Assembly (NCBI GenBank): GCA_964543385.1
Contig: CAZIYE010000001.1
Location: 120,001-152,000 of the forward strand
Direction of reading: 5' to 3'
Origin: an uncultured Candidatus Saccharibacteria bacterium
GTDB taxonomy: Bacteria > Patescibacteriota > UBA1384 > XYA2-FULL-43-10 > 1-14-0-10-43-13
DNA length: 32,000 nt
Notes under the pieces: model-generated
Told to the model about the DNA's origin: nothing
Database searches by the model: none
What the model saw: only the letters and a program-made list of their open reading frames with translations
Part shown: piece by piece, positions 29,554 through 32,000 of the stretch
Numbering within the stretch: the stretch's first letter is position 1
Layout of the letters: every line of letters starts with the position of its first letter
Position numbers and translations under genes: made by a program

Positions 29554-32000
29554 TTATAGTGTTGGCTGAGAAGATGTCGGCTGCAGGCCAGGGAGATCTA
29601 TTTTATCTACTCGAGAACGTTCAAGTATTTCTGCCTCTACTAGCTCCTTGGGTTTACCATATTTTAATCGAGACAACTCTTTTATCGCTGCTCCTAATTT
29701 TTGGTTGCCATCATAATCATCCGGCCAAATACTCTGACCATTGAATGGTCTCGTTGGCGCTCCATCAATCAGCTCCTTGATATAAAAATTATATTTGTCG
29801 ATTGTAGTCAAGTCCTCGATTTTTAATGGATCAAATTCCTTTACAAAGAATTCTGCATCAGCGGCACCCATTCTAAAAGCAATTAGGGTTCCGGCGTTTC
29901 CCACTACAGCTGCTCTTATCTTCTCATCAAGCTGTTCAATATACTGATTTGTAATTGCTAGGCCCAATTTATATTTACGAGACTCTGACAAAATAGTTGC
30001 AAAAACATCTGTAATAAAATTCTGGAACTCATCAACATATAAGAAAAATGGAATTCTATCCTTCTCTAATATATCTTGGCGTGAAAATGCACCCATCGCA
30101 ATTTTGGAAACTATAATCATACCAAGAAGAAATGCATTAATCTCCCCTATCATACCTTTCGATAGATTGCAGATTAGAATCTTCTTGTTATCCATTACAT
30201 CACGGAAATCAAAAGATGATTTTGTCTGGCCTATGATATTGCGCATCATATCATTGGTCATAAAGCGGCCAAACTTTGAAGTAAAATAGTTAAGCATTTC
30301 TGATTTATGGAAATCAGCTGTTTTAGCCATTTGCTTTTCCCAAAAAGATTTAACCACAGGATCAGTCACATATTGGACTCTATCTTTTTCGAAATCAGGA
30401 TCAGTAAACAATCTTGGAACATCTATAATTGTTCCTCCTTCTGGATGAGACATCAAAGTAAGCGCAGCATTCCTCATCCAATGCTCAAACTGAGGGCCTA
30501 CCATGCCTGTCTGATTTGGATCAAACAGTTTATAGAATATTTGTATTGATTCCTGAACTAAGAAGTCCCTCTGATCTGGTGTTTTCCATTCCAACATGTT
30601 GAGACCCATCGGTCTTTCCTTATCTGCAGGATTGAAATAGATGACATCATCAGCACGCTCTTTTGGTATATGATTTAGGATCCATTCTGCGGCATCACCA
30701 TTTGGATCAAGATAACAAACTCCATGACCTTCTTTGATGTCTTGCAAAATCATATTTTGAAATAAAACAGTTTTACCCACACCAGTTTTACCTATCTGAT
30801 AAACATGTCTAAGGCGGTCTGATTGCTTGACCCTAATCATTTTCTCTTCACCTCGGAATATTGCCTTACCGACAACAGTACCCTCGGTTGGCAGATTTGC
30901 TGGCGGCGCCTCACGTCTAGCTAATAGCCAAGAAATATTAGGTGTATCAACATAGCGATTTGGCAGGTGAAAAATAGACGCAAGTTCTTCCGTATTAAGT
31001 GCAAATCTCGGCATAACACTAAATATCCTAAAAATATATGAGGTGATCTCCTCATTTTTCTGACGTGCTTTCTTGACCGAGAAACCATTTGAGTCAGGAG
31101 AATGAAATTGATTAAATGCAGCAGCAGTATTCTTACAAATCTGTGCAGCAGTAAGTTTGTCTTTTGCAACTGCAACAATTCTAATCTGAGCGTCAAAGCC
31201 AAGTTTAGCAGCCTTTTCGCCTAACAATTTTACTTGTGCTTCTTGCTGTGGCGTCATTTTCATTGGATTCTTTGGATCATAGAGAGCGCTATGTTCCTCT
31301 TCCTGATTTCCTTTAGCTGCATTTGTTGCAGCACCAACAAAATTGAAAAATGATTCACTACCCCGCACAAAAGCAGAATTGGAGTGAGAAATTCGAGATT
31401 TGCCATGTTGTATGTTAAAAGCGGTCCTCTCTCCCTGTAACCGCCAAGATCCATCCGTCGGCCTAACTAGCATCTGGACTCCGGCGAACTGGTCTGCGCT
31501 CAATTTTGAGAGAGAGTTTGTAAGCGAATTAAGCGGATCTTCTTCTAAGTTTTTATAAGTCTTGATTGGGAAATAGTGTCTTTTTATTAAACCAAGATTT
31601 AAAATTTCCACCTTAAGAGGTTTCTCGGGAAAAATAGAATATTCTGAGTCCTCTTGTATTTCAGCATAAGGATATTGAGCTTGAAGATTTTTCAGAACCA
31701 TATCAGATATGCATCGTGGACAGCCAACGTAGAAAAAGATAAGACCATCCTTAGCAATTAATTCCACAGAAATGTGAGGCTGACCTTTCAGTCTATTTAC
31801 AACCGAAAAATCAAATAACGAATTTAGATTTGCATAAAATGGTTCAATAACTGCCAACATTTCCTGGAAATTCTTTCGCTGATCATCTTCCTCAGCATGA
31901 CGATCCTTGGGAACCATTATTTTAAACATTACCCAATCTTTTGTCATCTCAAGTTGAGAACTTCGCACAAACATTTTCCTTAAATAAATAACTAACCAAA
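29554..32000 (-). CDS. VirD4/TraD-like (FtsK-HerA superfamily) ATPase, paralogue A; probably 5'-truncated by the window edge
   Basis: It is 806 aa from ATG 31974. Walker A GKTGVGKT lies at 30769-30792 and Walker B FFLYVDEF at 30025-30048. The frame stays open from 31975 to 32000 (...WLVIYLRK-MFVRSS) and aligns with the end of the TM helix of paralogue B (IWAIFRINHRM), so the true start is probably beyond position 32000. Confidence 0.85.
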   Translation of the reverse strand, partial: WLVIYLRKMFVRSSQLEMTKDWVMFKIMVPKDRHAEEDDQRKNFQEMLAVIEPFYANLNSLFDFSVVNRLKGQPHISVELIAKDGLIFFYVGCPRCISDMVLKNLQAQYPYAEIQEDSEYSIFPEKPLKVEILNLGLIKRHYFPIKTYKNLEEDPLNSLTNSLSKLSADQFAGVQMLVRPTDGSWRLQGERTAFNIQHGKSRISHSNSAFVRGSESFFNFVGAATNAAKGNQEEEHSALYDPKNPMKMTPQQEAQVKLLGEKAAKLGFDAQIRIVAVAKDKLTAAQICKNTAAAFNQFHSPDSNGFSVKKARQKNEEITSYIFRIFSVMPRFALNTEELASIFHLPNRYVDTPNISWLLARREAPPANLPTEGTVVGKAIFRGEEKMIRVKQSDRLRHVYQIGKTGVGKTVLFQNMILQDIKEGHGVCYLDPNGDAAEWILNHIPKERADDVIYFNPADKERPMGLNMLEWKTPDQRDFLVQESIQIFYKLFDPNQTGMVGPQFEHWMRNAALTLMSHPEGGTIIDVPRLFTDPDFEKDRVQYVTDPVVKSFWEKQMAKTADFHKSEMLNYFTSKFGRFMTNDMMRNIIGQTKSSFDFRDVMDNKKILICNLSKGMIGEINAFLLGMIIVSKIAMGAFSRQDILEKDRIPFFLYVDEFQNFITDVFATILSESRKYKLGLAITNQYIEQLDEKIRAAVVGNAGTLIAFRMGAADAEFFVKEFDPLKIEDLTTIDKYNFYIKELIDGAPTRPFNGQSIWPDDYDGNQKLGAAIKELSRLKYGKPKELVEAEILERSRVDKIDLPGLQPTSSQPTL

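Noticed and set aside
1-32000. Alternative genetic code (UGA=Gly, code 25, as in Gracilibacteria/Absconditabacteria).
   Set aside because: Well-supported genes terminate at TGA, including DUF47 at 6212-6214, the histidine phosphatase, the UbiA gene and the 157-aa ORF. All long homology-supported ORFs are intact under the standard code.
24433-32000. The ATPase block as an integrated conjugative element or prophage.
   Set aside because: No integrase, relaxase, replication, capsid or other T4SS genes are present, I saw no flanking direct repeats or tRNA, and composition matches the surrounding chromosome. Only sequence beyond 32000 could change this.

Overview
This is an AT-rich, tightly packed bacterial chromosome segment. 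Its gene content and style resemble a reduced-genome Patescibacteria/CPR-like organism; that placement is an inference from gene content only. The standard genetic code applies, since TGA is used as a stop. Positions 1-23.8 kb are almost entirely plus-strand housekeeping genes: dgkA (3' end), ftsA-ftsZ, nrdR-trxA, pit plus a DUF47/PhoU-like partner, and a UvrD-type helicase fused to a Cas4/AddB-like Fe-S nuclease with two small partner ORFs. These are followed by maf, a histidine phosphatase, a UbiA prenyltransferase, small hypotheticals and a SAM methyltransferase. A lone minus-strand HI0933-type flavoprotein comes next, then an HD hydrolase, rmuC, a NodB deacetylase, rluD, an RHH/nucleotidyltransferase-like fusion, secD-secF and sbp. 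The last ~7.6 kb (minus strand) is the most unusual part. Two paralogous VirD4/TraD-like (FtsK-HerA superfamily) ATPases share a large non-canonical N-terminal domain. They bracket a sigma-region-4/HARE-HTH protein and a small beta-rich protein, and no other type IV secretion or conjugation genes are in view. Other points worth a second look are a ~0.9-kb ORF-free, G+C-rich locus of promoter/terminator-delimited structured RNAs between trxA and pit that I could not assign to any known family, a ~175-nt promoter+terminator-bounded sRNA candidate antisense to the general gene flow, and three self-contained G+C-rich gene cassettes embedded in AT-rich DNA. There are also NrdR-box-like sites on the nrdR promoter and recurrent TATAAT-N6-ATG (leaderless) starts. 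I recognised no rRNA, tRNA, CRISPR array, transposase or integrase.
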